A stretch of DNA of 63,975 bases, filler included, from Octopus bimaculoides (Eukaryota): assembly GCF_001194135.2 (NCBI RefSeq). It is 9 parts of 8 records of this genome, joined end to end, with 100 filler letters (N's around TTAATTAATTAA, not from the genome) between each part and the next. Parts side by side here need not be neighbours in the genome. Positions count along the whole stretch, not along the records: positions 1 to 4,524 come from NC_068992.1; positions 4,625 to 27,216 come from NC_068985.1; 7 more parts are not named here. The stretch is one strand, 5' to 3'. Made by a program: the position numbers and the translations under genes. This document shows, one piece after another, positions 1-10,995 of this stretch (positions are counted from its first letter, which is position 1; every line of letters starts with the position of its first letter). Under the pieces are notes generated by a model, which ran no database searches, was not told the DNA's origin, and worked only from the letters and a program-made list of their open reading frames with translations.

Positions 1-250
1 TCTAGGTGGCACGTAAAAAACACCTTTTTGAGCGTGGCCGTTGCCAGTACCGTGTGACTGGCCCTCGTGCCGGTGGCTCGTAAAAGCACCCACTACACTC
101 TCGGAGTGGTTGGCGTCAGGAAGGGCATCCAACTGTAGAAACTCTGCCAGATCAGATTGGAGCCTGGTGTAGCCTTCTGGCTTGCCAGTCCTCAGTCAAA
201 TCGTCCAACCCATGCATGCATGGAAAGCGGACGTTAAACGATGATAATGA

Positions 251-286
<36 letters not shown>

Positions 287-495
287 ATATGTATGCCAGG
301 CCTGCCTGACTGACTCCTGTGCTGGTGGCACGTAAAAAGCACCCAGTACACTCTGAGTGGTTGGCATTAGGAAAGGCATCCAGCTGTAGAAACATTGCCA
401 GATCTGATTGGAGCCTGATGCAGCCACTGGCTCTCCAGACCTCAGTCAAAACGTCCAACCTATGCCAGAATGGAAAATAGACGTTAAACAATAAT
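1..495 (+). mobile_element. Two tandem 3'-UTR remnants of an RTE-type LINE (1-252 and 303-495)
   Basis: Same sequence as the tail that follows RTE reverse transcriptase at 27960-28410 and 4869-5200 (GGTGGCACGTAAAAGCACCC...GGGCATCCAGCTGTAGAAAC...GGACGTTAAAC plus (GAT)n). Confidence 0.75.
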
Positions 496-499
496 ATAC

Positions 500-713
500 A
501 TATATTCTTTCTGTCATTTGACTGTAGCCATGCTGGAGCACCACTGCGAAGGGTTTTAGTTGAACAAATCTACCCCAGGACTTATTCGTTGTAAGCCCAG
601 TACTTATTCTATCAGTCTCTTTTGTTGAATCGCTAGGTTACAGGGACGTAAACGCAAACATTGGTTATCAAGCAGTGATGGGAGACACCGGTACAAAGGC
701 ATACACAGATATA

Positions 714-720
<7 letters not shown>
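500..720 (-). mobile_element. tRNA-derived SINE family A, 3' half
   Basis: Reverse complement of the 3' half of the copy at 1750-2110 (AGTACTGGG..., CCAGCATGGC.CAGTC). Confidence 0.65.
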
Positions 721-759
<39 letters not shown>

Positions 760-760
760 C

Positions 761-795
<35 letters not shown>

Positions 796-1749
796 NNNNN
801 NNNNNNNNNNNNNNNNNNNNNNNNNNNNNNNNNNNNNNNNNNNNNNNNNNNNNNNNNNNNNNNNNNNNNNNNNNNNNNNNNNNNNNNNNNNNNNNNNNNN
901 NNNNNNNNNNNNNNNNNNNNNNNNNNNNNNNNNNNNNNNNNNNNNNNNNNNNNNNNNNNNNNNNNNNNNNNNNNNNNNNNNNNNNNNNNNNNNNNNNNNN
1001 NNNNNNNNNNNNNNNNNNNNNNNNNNNNNNNNNNNNNNNNNNNNNNNNNNNNNNNNNNNNNNNNNNNNNNNNNNNNNNNNNNNNNNNNNNNNNNNNNNNN
1101 NNNNNNNNNNNNNNNNNNNNNNNNNNNNNNNNNNNNNNNNNNNNNNNNNNNNNNNNNNNNNNNNNNNNNNNNNNNNNNNNNNNNNNNNNNNNNNNNNNNN
1201 NNNNNNNNNNNNNNNNNNNNNNNNNNNNNNNNNNNNNNNNNNNNNNNNNNNNNNNNNNNNNNNNNNNNNNNNNNNNNNNNNNNNNNNNNNNNNNNNNNNN
1301 NNNNNNNNNNNNNNNNNNNNNNNNNNNNNNNNNNNNNNNNNNNNNNNNNNNNNNNNNNNNNNNNNNNNNNNNNNNNNNNNNNNNNNNNNNNNNNNNNNNN
1401 NNNNNNNNNNNNNNNNNNNNNNNNNNNNNNNNNNNNNNNNNNNNNNNNNNNNNNNNNNNNNNTCTACAGTGAAAAATTGTCTCCATGGTAAAACACAGTG
1501 AATGACTGGTTTACGAATTCGGGCAGGCCACCAGCATATTTCAACAAGTAACTACCTTGTATCTACATGACAGGCTGCCACACAGTTTCTGTGTACCAAA
1601 TTCACTCACAAAGCTTTGGTTGGCTCCGGGCTGTGGTAGGAGACACTTGCCCAAGGTGTTGTACATTGGGGGGGGGGGGGGCTGAACCCTAAAACACGTT
1701 TGCAAAGTGAGCTTAATTATGCAACCCCGCCTATGCCTTTATACAATGT

Positions 1750-2110
1750 ATGGGCTGTGTGGTAAGAAGTTTGTTTTCTAACCACATGGTTCAGGGTTCA
1801 GTCCCACTGTGTGGCACCTTAGGCAAATGCCTTCTACTATAGCCTTGAGCTGACCAAAGCCTTGTGAGTAGATTTGCTAAGTGGAAACTGAAAGAATCCC
1901 ATCGCATATATATTACAGATGTGTGCGTGTATCCTTGAGTCTGCGTTTGTCCCTCAGCCTCGCTTGACAACCGGTGTTGGTCTGTTTACCTCTCTGTAAC
2001 TTAGCGGTTTGATAGAATAAGTACCACGCTTTAAAAAAGTACTGGGGTCAATTCGTTTGACAAACCTTTTGTGGCGGTGACCCAGCATGGCCGCAGTCCA
2101 AGTAAAAGAT
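1750..2110 (+). mobile_element. tRNA-derived SINE family A, near full length
   Basis: Head with A-box-like GTGTGGTAAGAAG and B-box GGTTCAGTCCC, then the conserved body GGCAAGTGTCTTCTACTATAGCC...GGAAACTGAAAGAAGCCC; multiple copies in the window. Confidence 0.7.
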
Positions 2111-2330
2111 ACAATAGTCTCGCCAGTTATTACATGAGCATTGTAGATAACTTTGTAGCCACATAAGCACCAGCAGAGGGACTGCTTGGCACAAGTCTTG
2201 CACAGTAATTGCTGTCTCACGGAAGAGAGATTTGCTTTGACTCTGGTAGTATTTGTTGTTTTTCTTTCTTTCTCCGTTTTAAGACCAGCCCATAACTTAT
2301 AGTTAAATCGTAACTATTCACATTATAGTA

Positions 2331-2449
2331 TACGAGGGGTGTATGAAAAGTAATATATATGCAATGGGCTTCTTTCAGTTTCCACTTAGCAAAGTATTGT
2401 ACTATGTTTTGTTTTTTTGAGGTTCAAGACTTTTCATACACCTGTCGTA
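2331..2449. mobile_element. ~119-bp mariner-type MITE
   Basis: 21-bp TIRs TACGAGGGGTGTATGAAAAGT (2331-2351) and ACTTTTCATACACCTGTCGTA (2429-2449), 19/21 match, with TA at both ends. Confidence 0.7.
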
Positions 2450-2529
2450 CACATAATCCTGCTTACGACCAGCGCTAATCCTTTGACCTTGGGACAATTT
2501 TGTCCAACCTGCATTTAATTGATCAGTAG

Positions 2530-2755
2530 CTTAGATATACAATCAACATAGATAAGCCAGCTGTGGCATGTTGAGCTTTCATTCAGCAGTAGATTGAAAA
2601 CACTCCAATGGAATGGAGTTTTCAGATGGCAACAAACAACAGAACACCAAATAATCCTAGAACAACGGCACACATGTTCAACTAAAGAGATTAAAGAAAC
2701 GGCCTTTTCAATGAAATTGACCTCAAATCCCATCAACAGGCCAGAGAAGTGACTG
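2530..2755 (+). pseudogene. Possible Penelope-like GIY-YIG C-terminal relic
   Basis: Translation ..WQQTTEHQIILEQRHTCSTKEIKETAFSMKLTSNPINRPE resembles the IL..E....KRKIKEA..I.....INRDEG tail of PLE endonucleases; weak. Confidence 0.3.
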
Positions 2756-3019
2756 CATGTCAGGGCCGAATAGCTGTTGATGCTACTCGCAATACCCATG
2801 ACGGCAGCATCCAAGACTTGTCTTATAAGGCCGCTGGTTGGAACTTCACTGCAATGTCAGCCACCTGGACTGCAAGTGAGAATCCACACGATGCGGAGGT
2901 CAAATAATCTTTTGGATGAGATGTTTCACAAACTCCAGATCCTGTTCAGGAATCGACTGTCTCAGATCACAATATGACATATATCACAGATTGAAAGTAA
3001 AAAAAAACAAAAGGAGGGT

Positions 3020-3250
3020 GGTGGGTGGCGAACCCTGCTGCATTCTTCACTACAACTTTCTCTTCCTGTTTCTGTTGTACCTGTATTTCAAAAGGGCCAG
3101 CCTTGTCACACAGTGTCACGATGAATCTCCCCGAGAACTACGTTAAGGGTACACGTGTCTGTGGAGTGCTCAGCTACTTGCACGTTAATTTCACGAGCAG
3201 GCTGTTCCGTTGATCAGGAACCCTCATCGTCGTAACCGACAGAGTGTCAC
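3020..3250 (+). mobile_element. tRNA-derived SINE family B, 3' half
   Basis: Matches the body of the full copy at 61678-62042 (GAGAACTACGTTAAGGGTACACGTGTCTGTGGAGTGCTCAGC...GGAACCCTC.TCGTCGTAACCG). Confidence 0.75.
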
Positions 3251-3309
3251 AACGATATTTATATATATATATATAACAGCTGAGTTATATTTCTGCTGGA
3301 ACCAGGTGG

Positions 3310-3420
3310 ACATTTAGGTATTTTCGTTCAATAAACACTCACAACGCCCGGTCTTGAACTCGAAACCGCAATCCTATGACCGCGTGTCCACTGCCCGAAC
3401 CACTGGGCAATTGCGCCTCA
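3310..3420 (-). mobile_element. SINE family B, 5' tRNA-like head
   Basis: Reverse complement of GAGGCGCAAT.GCCCAGTGGTT...GGTTTCGA...GACCGGGCGTTGTGAGTGTTTATTGA. Confidence 0.7.
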
Positions 3421-3972
3421 AAACATATATAACTATATACATTATATAATGTGATAAATTCCTTTCACCACGAATTACCTTCACCGAACCATGTTACAAC
3501 AATTAGGGATTATTACTCTCGCATTCCGTCTTTAATATAATCTATGATATGTAATGTCTATGTCCGTCGTAATTTCTTTTTTAAATACTGTTTTCGCAAT
3601 TACTAATTAGTTACGAAGTTATAAAATATTCTAAACACGATAATGACTTCGTCGTCGTCGTCGTCATTGTCATCATTGCTGTTGTTATTGTTGTTTAAGT
3701 TCTCCAATTACAATCGTCCCACGTCTGTTTTCACTAGAGTGAGCGAAATGCTGTTTCTTTATTATCCGTGAATTCAATGCATTTCACTTTTGGTCTCAGA
3801 CTTGGGAATGGCTTTCTGGCTACAAACCTTAATTGGAAGTAAATGATACAAACAAGCACAGATATCTATGCGTGTGCACGTATTCGCATATACATATGTG
3901 TGCGTACGTGTACTTGTGCTCATAACAGATATACATACGTAGATGTACATACATTCATACATACATACATAT

Positions 3973-3973
<1 letters not shown>

Positions 3974-4022
<49 letters not shown>

Positions 4023-4260
4023 TTAACGTCCGTTGTCCATGCTGGCATAGGTTGGACGGTTTGACCGGAGCTGGAAGGCTGCACCAAACTCCAGTCTGAT
4101 TTTGCAGGGTTTCTATGGCTGGATGCCCCTCCTAATGCCAAACACTCCGAGAGTGTAATGGGTGCTTTCACGTGCCACTGGCACGGGTGCCAGTTTGCAT
4201 GGCACCGGTATCTGCCACGACTGTGATTTTGCTTGGCTGTGATGGGTCTTCTTCTCAACC
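3974..4260 (-). mobile_element. RTE 3'-UTR remnant with expanded (GAT)n tail
   Basis: Reverse complement of the RTE tail at 4022-4260, ending in a pure (CAT)n tract at 3974-4021. Confidence 0.7.
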
Positions 4261-4275
4261 ATGACATATATATAT

Positions 4276-4348
<73 letters not shown>

Positions 4349-4624
4349 TGTGCGCGCACATTCATACTCATATATATTTCATACATACACACACACACAC
4401 ATATATATATATATACATATACATATACATATATAATATAAATAATATATAAATATATGCATATATACATATATGTATATACCTACATATATATCTATAT
4501 CTATATCTATCTATCTATCTATCTNNNNNNNNNNNNNNNNNNNNNNNNNNNNNNNNNNNNNNNNNNNNTTAATTAATTAANNNNNNNNNNNNNNNNNNNN
4601 NNNNNNNNNNNNNNNNNNNNNNNN

Positions 4625-4835
4625 GAACAAACACAGACACACAAACACATACACACATACATATATATATACATATATACGACGGGCTTCTTTCAGTTTC
4701 CGTCTACCAAATCCACTCACAAGGCTTTGGTCGGCCCGAGGCTATAGTAGAAGACACTTGCCCAAGATGCCACGCAGTGGGACTGAACCCGGGATCATGT
4801 GGTTGGTAAGCTAGCTACTTACCACACAGCCACTC
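4625..4835 (-). mobile_element. SINE family A, 5' half
   Basis: Reverse complement of the family A head and body. Confidence 0.7.
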
Positions 4836-4868
4836 CTACGCCTACATATATATATATATGTATATATC

Positions 4869-6963
4869 TCATCATCATCATTATCATCGTTTAAAATTTG
4901 TTTTCTATGCTGGCATGGGTTGGACGGTTTGACCGGGTCTGGGAAGCCAGGAGGCTGCATGAGGCTCCAGGCTGATCTGGCAGTGTTTCTACAGCTGGAT
5001 ACCCCTCCTAATGCCAACCACTCCAAGAGTGTAGTGAGTGCTTTTTACGTGCTACCAGCACAGGGGCCAGAGGAGACTGGCAATGACCATGATTGGTTGG
5101 TACTTTTTATGTGCCACCAGCACGGGGATCATAACTACAATTTCCATTTGATTTTGATTTCGATATACTTGATTCAATAGTTCTCGTCATGCACAGTATG
5201 TCATCCTAGCACAGCATGTCACCCTATAATCCAAGCTACTTTTGAGTAAGCTGGGGTTGGTTATGTAACACTTGTGTAGGTTACAGCTGTGAACCCATTT
5301 TATTTGCCGAGTCTTCTCAATCACAGCATATCTTCAGAGGTCTTGGTCTTTCCTCATTGTCTCTGCGAGGCCCAGCATTCGATGAACCACCTCATCCCGT
5401 GTCTTCTTGGGTCTACCTCTACCCCAGATTCCTTCAACTGTTTCAAAGTGGCACTTCTTCACACAGCTCTCCTCATCCATTCGCAGTACATGACCATACC
5501 AGTGCAAATGTCTCTCTTGCATGCCACAGCCAATGCTTCTTATGTCCAAAATTTCTCTCAGGGCATTTACACTCTGTCGTGTGAGCACACTGACATTACA
5601 CATCCAGTGGATCATGCTAGCTTCATTTCTTTCGAGCCTACACGTGTCCTCAGCAGTCACAACTCATGTTTAACTGCTGTGAGGCATGGCAGTTCGCACA
5701 CAGGCATCGTACAATCTACCTTTCACTCTGAGTGAGAGGCCCTTTGTCACCAGTAGAGGTAGAAGCTTTCTAAACTTTGCCTAGGCTATTCTTATTCCAG
5801 TGGTAACACTCTCTGAGCATCCACCCCCACTACAGACGTGGTCACCTAGTTAGTGGAAGCTATCAACTACTTCTAGTTTCTCCCCCTGGCATGTGATGGA
5901 ATTCGTTTTTCTGAGATTCTGTGGTGTTTATTGCCCCTGTGCATCTGCCGCATACGAAAGCTATCTTCCGGGTTAATCTTCCTTTGATGTTGCTGCACTT
6001 CTTATATATCCATAGCTTACACTGGGTACATCTTATGGTGTTTCAACCTACACCTTTTCTACAGATTGAGCAGGGCCACCTACCAGAAGGGGTGTGTGAT
6101 GTATTCACCTTCCTACATACTAGAACTTTGGTCTTTGCAACATTGACTCTAAGGCCCTTTGATTCTAAACCTTGCTTCCATACCTGAAATTTCTTCTCGA
6201 GTTCTGGTAGTGATTCTGCTATGAGGGCCAGGTCATCAGCATAGAGTAGCTCCCAGGGGCAGCCTGTCTTAAATTCCTCTGTTATTTTCTGGAGGACTAT
6301 GATGAATAAAAGGGGACTGAGGGCTGATCCTTGGTGGACCCCTACTTCTACCTGGAATTCTTCACTATACTCATTGCCAACCCTAACCTTACTAACGGCA
6401 TCTCTGTATTGGGCCTGTACAGCCTTTATAAACCATTCATTAATCCCCAGTTTCTGTATCACCCACCAGATAAGGGATCGGGGGACCCTGTCGAATGCTT
6501 TCTCCAAGTCTACAAAAGCCAAGTATTGGGGTTTATCTTTGGCTGGCTATTTCTCCTACAGTTGCTGCACCAGGAATACAGCATCAGTGGTGCTTCTACC
6601 TGGCACAAAACTGAACTGCATCTCATATAAGCAGACTCTCTCCCTAATTTAGTTGGGCTATGACCCTCTCTGTGACCTTCATCACCTGATCCAAGAGTTT
6701 GATACCCTTGTAGTTATTTCTATCTAAAGCATCACCTTTACCCTTGTAGCAGTTGACTATGGTGCTGCGCCAGTCATTGGTTATGACTCCCTCATGAACT
6801 ACCTGGTTTACAATGCGGGCAACTAGGCCATAGCCCACACCACCAGATATTTTAAGCATCTCAGCAGTGATTCCTGATGGGCTGGGGACTTTTCCTGGCT
6901 TCATACCCTTAAATGCTTTATCTACCAGGGTGCTGTCTATTAGGATAGCTGGTCCCTCTACTG
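4869..6963 (-). mobile_element. RTE-clade LINE: frameshifted reverse transcriptase, 3' UTR and (GAT)n tail
   Basis: RT motifs KGDALDRNNYKGIKLL, AFVDLEKAFDRVPR, VGVHQGSALSPLLF, LLYADDLAL, and C-terminal RHLHWYGHVLRM..GRGRPKKT. Several frameshifts; 5' part lost in a gap. Confidence 0.9.
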
Positions 6964-7063
6964 NNNNNNNNNNNNNNNNNNNNNNNNNNNNNNNNNNNNN
7001 NNNNNNNNNNNNNNNNNNNNNNNNNNNNNNNNNNNNNNNNNNNNNNNNNNNNNNNNNNNNNNN

Positions 7064-7477
7064 CCTAGCCAACGCTTCTTGTGGCTTCTTCGTAGCCGGG
7101 ACCACACCGCTACTCTCAGCTTCAGGAGATCCGCACTCAGACGTCGGAGTACCACGTGATGACGTAGCAACAGCACCCACTTCAGGTATAGCGACCTCAG
7201 GCTCGGCAGCACAAAACTTCTTAACGCGCTCCGTCCTCTCATTGGGCCTTTCGATCTGCTGCTTACCACATACGACATCACTACTCAGTCCGCGGAACTC
7301 CTCCCGCATCCTTTGTTGTTCCCTCCTGAATTCAGCGAAGCTCTCCCGCATCTGCTGTTGCTCTTCCCTGAATTCAGCGAAGCTCTCCCTCTGCTCTTCC
7401 AGCATCCTCACAATCAAGGCCAGGGATACTTCCTCCCTCCCAGCCTGACTCTTCGCACGCGCACCCTCCGAAGCCAT
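7064..7477 (-). pseudogene. Gag N-terminus (coiled coil) of an LTR retrotransposon
   Basis: ATG at 7477, ~34 nt after the PBS. MASEGARAKSQ..LIVRMLEEQRESFAEFREEQQQMRESFAEFRREQQRMREEF is a heptad-rich segment. Runs into a gap. Confidence 0.7.
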
Positions 7478-7510
7478 GATGAACAACCAACTCACTGCAG
7501 CAATTTATAG

Positions 7511-7528
7511 ATCCCACTTCTGACACCA
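7511..7528 (-). promoter_or_regulatory. Primer-binding site complementary to the tRNA-Leu 3' end
   Basis: Minus strand TGGTGTCAGAAGTGGGAT is the 18-nt complement of ...AUCCCACUUCUGACACCA, located 4 nt after the LTR ...CA end. Confidence 0.85.
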
Positions 7529-7532
7529 ATTT

Positions 7533-8492
7533 TGTTACGAACGCCCGCACGCAAAGNNNNNNNNNNNNNNNNNNNNNNNNNNNNNNNNNNNNNNNNNNNN
7601 NNNNNNNNNNNNNNNNNNNNNNNNNNNNNNNNNNNNNNNNNNNNNNNNNNNNNNNNNNNNNNNNNNNNNNNNNNNNNNNNNNNNNNNNNNNNNNNNNNNN
7701 NNNNNNNNNNNNNNNNNNNNNNNNNNNNNNNNNNNNNNNNNNNNNNNNNNNNNNNNNNNNNNNNNNNNNNNNNNNNNNNNNNNNNNNNNNNNNNNNNNNN
7801 NNNNNNNNNNNNNNNNNNNNNNNNNNNNNNNNNNNNNNNNNNNNNNNNNNTATTCTTCATCTTCATCTCTGTACAACTGCTTCATCTCTCTGGGACTCTA
7901 TGCGTTTCTGCTGACCATAGCTTTCTGTCTGTCAGACTTATTCTTCATCTTCATCTCTGTACAACTGCTTCATCTCTCTGGGACTCTATGCGTTTCTACT
8001 GACCATAGCTTTCTGTCTGTCAGACTTATTCTTCATCTTCATCTCACTCGACTGGCCCCATCTCAACGGGCAAACTGCTGTCTCCCAACCGCTCTGGCTG
8101 GCTGCTACAACCCAACTGCCTCGGCTGGCTGCTACCGCTCGACTGCCTCTGCAGGCTGCCAGAACTCCACTGGCAAAATTCTCTGCTAATTCCAATTTCT
8201 GTCCTCCTATTCATCACAAATACCATAGCTCATTGTCCTCCTTTACCCCCTGCCTTTTTTTGAACTTTCGCTGACAGGAAAGGGGCAGCTGTGGTTGCCG
8301 ACAAGACAAAGGAAATACCATTCTCCCCAACTGACCAGAGTACGGGTGCAAAACCCAGCCCGGGAGATAGGGATATAATGCTAATTGTATTTNNNNNNNN
8401 NNATACCATTCTCCCCAACTGACCAGAGTACGGGTGCAAAACCCAGCCCGGGAGATAGGGATATAATGCTAATTGTATTTTCGGTCGTCGCA
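7533..8492 (-). mobile_element. 5' LTR of a Ty3/Gypsy-type retrotransposon
   Basis: Minus strand starts TGCGACGA and ends TCGTAACA (TG...CA with short imperfect inverted ends), followed by PBS and gag. Contains a gap and internal repeats. Confidence 0.7.
7851..8045. repeat. 88-bp tandem repeat inside the LTR (2.2 visible copies)
   Basis: Units start at 7851, 7939 and 8027 (TATTCTTCATCTTCATCTC...GTCAGACT), near identical, adjacent to a gap. Confidence 0.9.
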
Positions 8493-8589
8493 TCAATATA
8501 TATATATATGTAAGTATATATATGTGTATGTATATATATAAGTGTGTGTGTATGTGTACACATATATGTATATATATAAGCTTGCAAGG

Positions 8590-8915
8590 AATGAAGCCAG
8601 TATACTCTGCTGGATGTGTAATGTCAGTGTGCATACACGAAAGAGTGTCAGCTCCTGTGCAGGTGGCACATAAAAAACACCTTTGAGCCTGAATGTTGCC
8701 AGTACCGCCTGACTGGCCCTTGTGCCGGTGGCATGTAAGAGCACGCACTACACTCTCAGAGTGGTTGGCGTGAAAAAGGGCATCCAGCTGTAGAAACTTT
8801 GGCAGATCAGATTGGAGCCTGGTGCAGCCTTCTGGTTCACCAGTCCCTTGTCAAACTATCCAACCCATGCCAGCATAGAAAGCAGACGTTAAACGACGAC
8901 GATGATGATGATGAT
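8590..8915 (+). mobile_element. RTE 3' remnant
   Basis: Short RT C-terminal piece plus the standard tail ending in (GAT)n. Confidence 0.7.
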
Positions 8916-8929
8916 GTGTGTGTGTGTCT

Positions 8930-9372
8930 GTGTCTGTTTTTTTATTCTTCTACATGTTTCAGTCACTTGACTGCAGCCATGCTGGAGCACTGACTTAAAA
9001 GGTTTTAGTCGAAGAAATCAACTCCAGGACTTATTCTTTTAAGCCTAGTACTTATTCTATTGGTCTCTTTTGCTGATCTACTAAGTTACAGGGATGTAAA
9101 CACACCGACATCAGTTGTCATGCAATTGTTGGTGGGGGGGGGCAATCACAGACACAAAGACATACATAAATATACATACATACATACATACACATCCATA
9201 CATAAATATATATATATTTATACGACAGGCTTCTTTCAGTTTCTATCTACCAAATCCACTCACAAGGCTCTGGTTGGCCTGAGGCTATAGTAGAAGACAC
9301 TTGTCCAAGGTGCCATGCAGTGGAACTGAACCCAGAATCATGTGGCTGGGAAGCAAGCTTCTAACCATACAG
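8930..9372 (-). mobile_element. SINE family A, near full length
   Basis: Reverse complement covering both head and tail of family A. Confidence 0.7.
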
Positions 9373-9419
9373 CCATATATATAAGAAAATTTAAATAAAT
9401 AAATAAAAATAAGTAATTT

Positions 9420-9895
9420 GATGCTGTGTGCAAGAGAGAAAAGTGTGCTGGTTTGGTCATGTGAGGCCGACAGCTCCATAATGAAGTGCCAATCTCTCAA
9501 AATAGATGAAACACGTGGAAGTAGGAGACCCAGAAAGACATAGGACGAATTATTGAAGAATGACCTTAGGGCACTGAACTTTTCAGATGAAATGACAAAG
9601 GACTGGGATGCCTGGTGCCTTTCTGTACTCAAGAAGACCTATGCTCCACAGTAGATGTGTTAAGTCTTGTTCCCCTGTTAGAGAGGATTGATCAGCAAGA
9701 GTCCTGTGCTGGTGCCATGTAAAAAGCACTCATGCCCATGTGGTTCCATGTAAAAGCACCCAAAAGAACCATGCCAAATCAAACTGGAGCCTGGTGCAGC
9801 TGTCCAACTTGCCAGCTCTGATCAAACTGTCCAACCCATGGCAGAATAGACAACAGATGTTTAATGATGATGATGATAATGAATATGATGATGAT
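9420..9895 (+). mobile_element. Degenerate RTE 3' end
   Basis: Decayed ..WFGHVR....RGSRRPRKT..KNDLRAL plus tail ending in (GAT)n. Confidence 0.6.
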
Positions 9896-9949
9896 GAAAT
9901 AACTTTAAAATAGTTAAATCTGCAAGTGAATTGTAACAAAAAATCTCAG

Positions 9950-10670
9950 TGGTAGCTACAGTGATGTCACAGCAACCACTGACATGACACAATTAGTTGT
10001 GATTGTAATAATGCAACTAAGCCATGGTTGTAGTGGCATAGATCAGTGGGTTCTTATGGCAAAACTTGGTTCAGTATTGAATGAACTGAAATAGTTAAGA
10101 GATGGTTGTAATGACACAGCTCAACTGTGGTTATAATGAAACACCTTGGTTGTGTTTTAATAATGCAGGTGGGTATTGAATGTAATGAGACAGTATAGAT
10201 AGTTGAAATGAAATCTCAGTGATAGCTGTAATGTAATAACTCAGTGTCAGTTGCAATGAAATAGCTTGGTGGTGGTTATAATGATGCAGGTGTTGGTTGT
10301 AATGACACAGACATATTGTGGTTCTAATGAAATATTTCACTATTGACTGCAGTGAGAGCTTAGAAGTTTTTGTAATGTCACAACTAAGTAGTGATTGTAA
10401 TGAAATAGCTTAGTAATGGTTGTACTGATAAAACTTTGTGGTGATTTTAATTAGAGAGATCAATAGTGGTGGCTGGAATGACTTGGCTATTATATACACA
10501 GTATTGATTATATTAAAATTATATGCACATTGTTGATTATATGAAAACAGCTCAATGTTAGTTGAAAAAAAAAATGGCTAGGTGATGGTTGCAATGACAC
10601 AACTGAGATGCAATGGTTGCCACAGCACAACTCTTTAATGGTTATAATGACTAAGCTCATTAGTGGCTGT
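9950..10670. repeat. Highly degenerate ~22-bp minisatellite
   Basis: Recurrent unit resembling GTGGTTGTAATGACACAGCTCA, roughly 30 diverged copies. Confidence 0.65.
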
Positions 10671-10995
10671 ACAGATTCCTGCTCTTGCTGGAATGACAAG
10701 TCAGAGGGGCTTATAAGAAATCACCTTAGCTATGAGAAAACTGTCTCTGTCTCCTGTGTCTTTGCTCTGGATTCTTTGCTGTGAGCCAATTCTTTTGAAA
10801 TCATGGCCAAATCAGATTCCTTTTGTCTTTGTTGAAGTTCATTGTCATGATGAAACCAACACTCTCCACACAGAAATTTTCTTCAGTTTTTAGACTTATT
10901 ATTCTCTCATTCAATTGCTCATTTCTTACTTTTTTGTTGTGCTTTCACTACACAAATATTCACATGTAGTTGCATCCAGTTTGGATTACTGCATG

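Noticed and set aside
668-1501. Long ORFs rich in X, YI, HT, CV or M runs (here and throughout the window)
   Set aside because: Products of N gaps and (TA)n, (CA)n or (CAT)n microsatellites.
4569-4580. TTAATTAATTAA palindrome in the middle of N runs (also at 27261, 32323, 45817, 49091, 51212, 54058 and 60034)
   Set aside because: Identical 12-mer centred in 100-bp gaps that places stops in all six frames; an assembly spacer, not biology.
6644-7495. 283-aa ORF appearing to fuse a gag-like coiled coil to an RTE reverse transcriptase
   Set aside because: The join lies across a 100-N gap; the two halves belong to different elements (LTR gag and RTE LINE).
8315-8480. Exact 78-bp direct repeat flanking 10 Ns
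   Set aside because: Typical unmerged contig overlap across a minimal gap.
7851-10670. Regularly spaced repeats considered as CRISPR-like arrays
   Set aside because: They are contiguous tandem units without unique spacers, there are no cas genes, and the context is eukaryotic.
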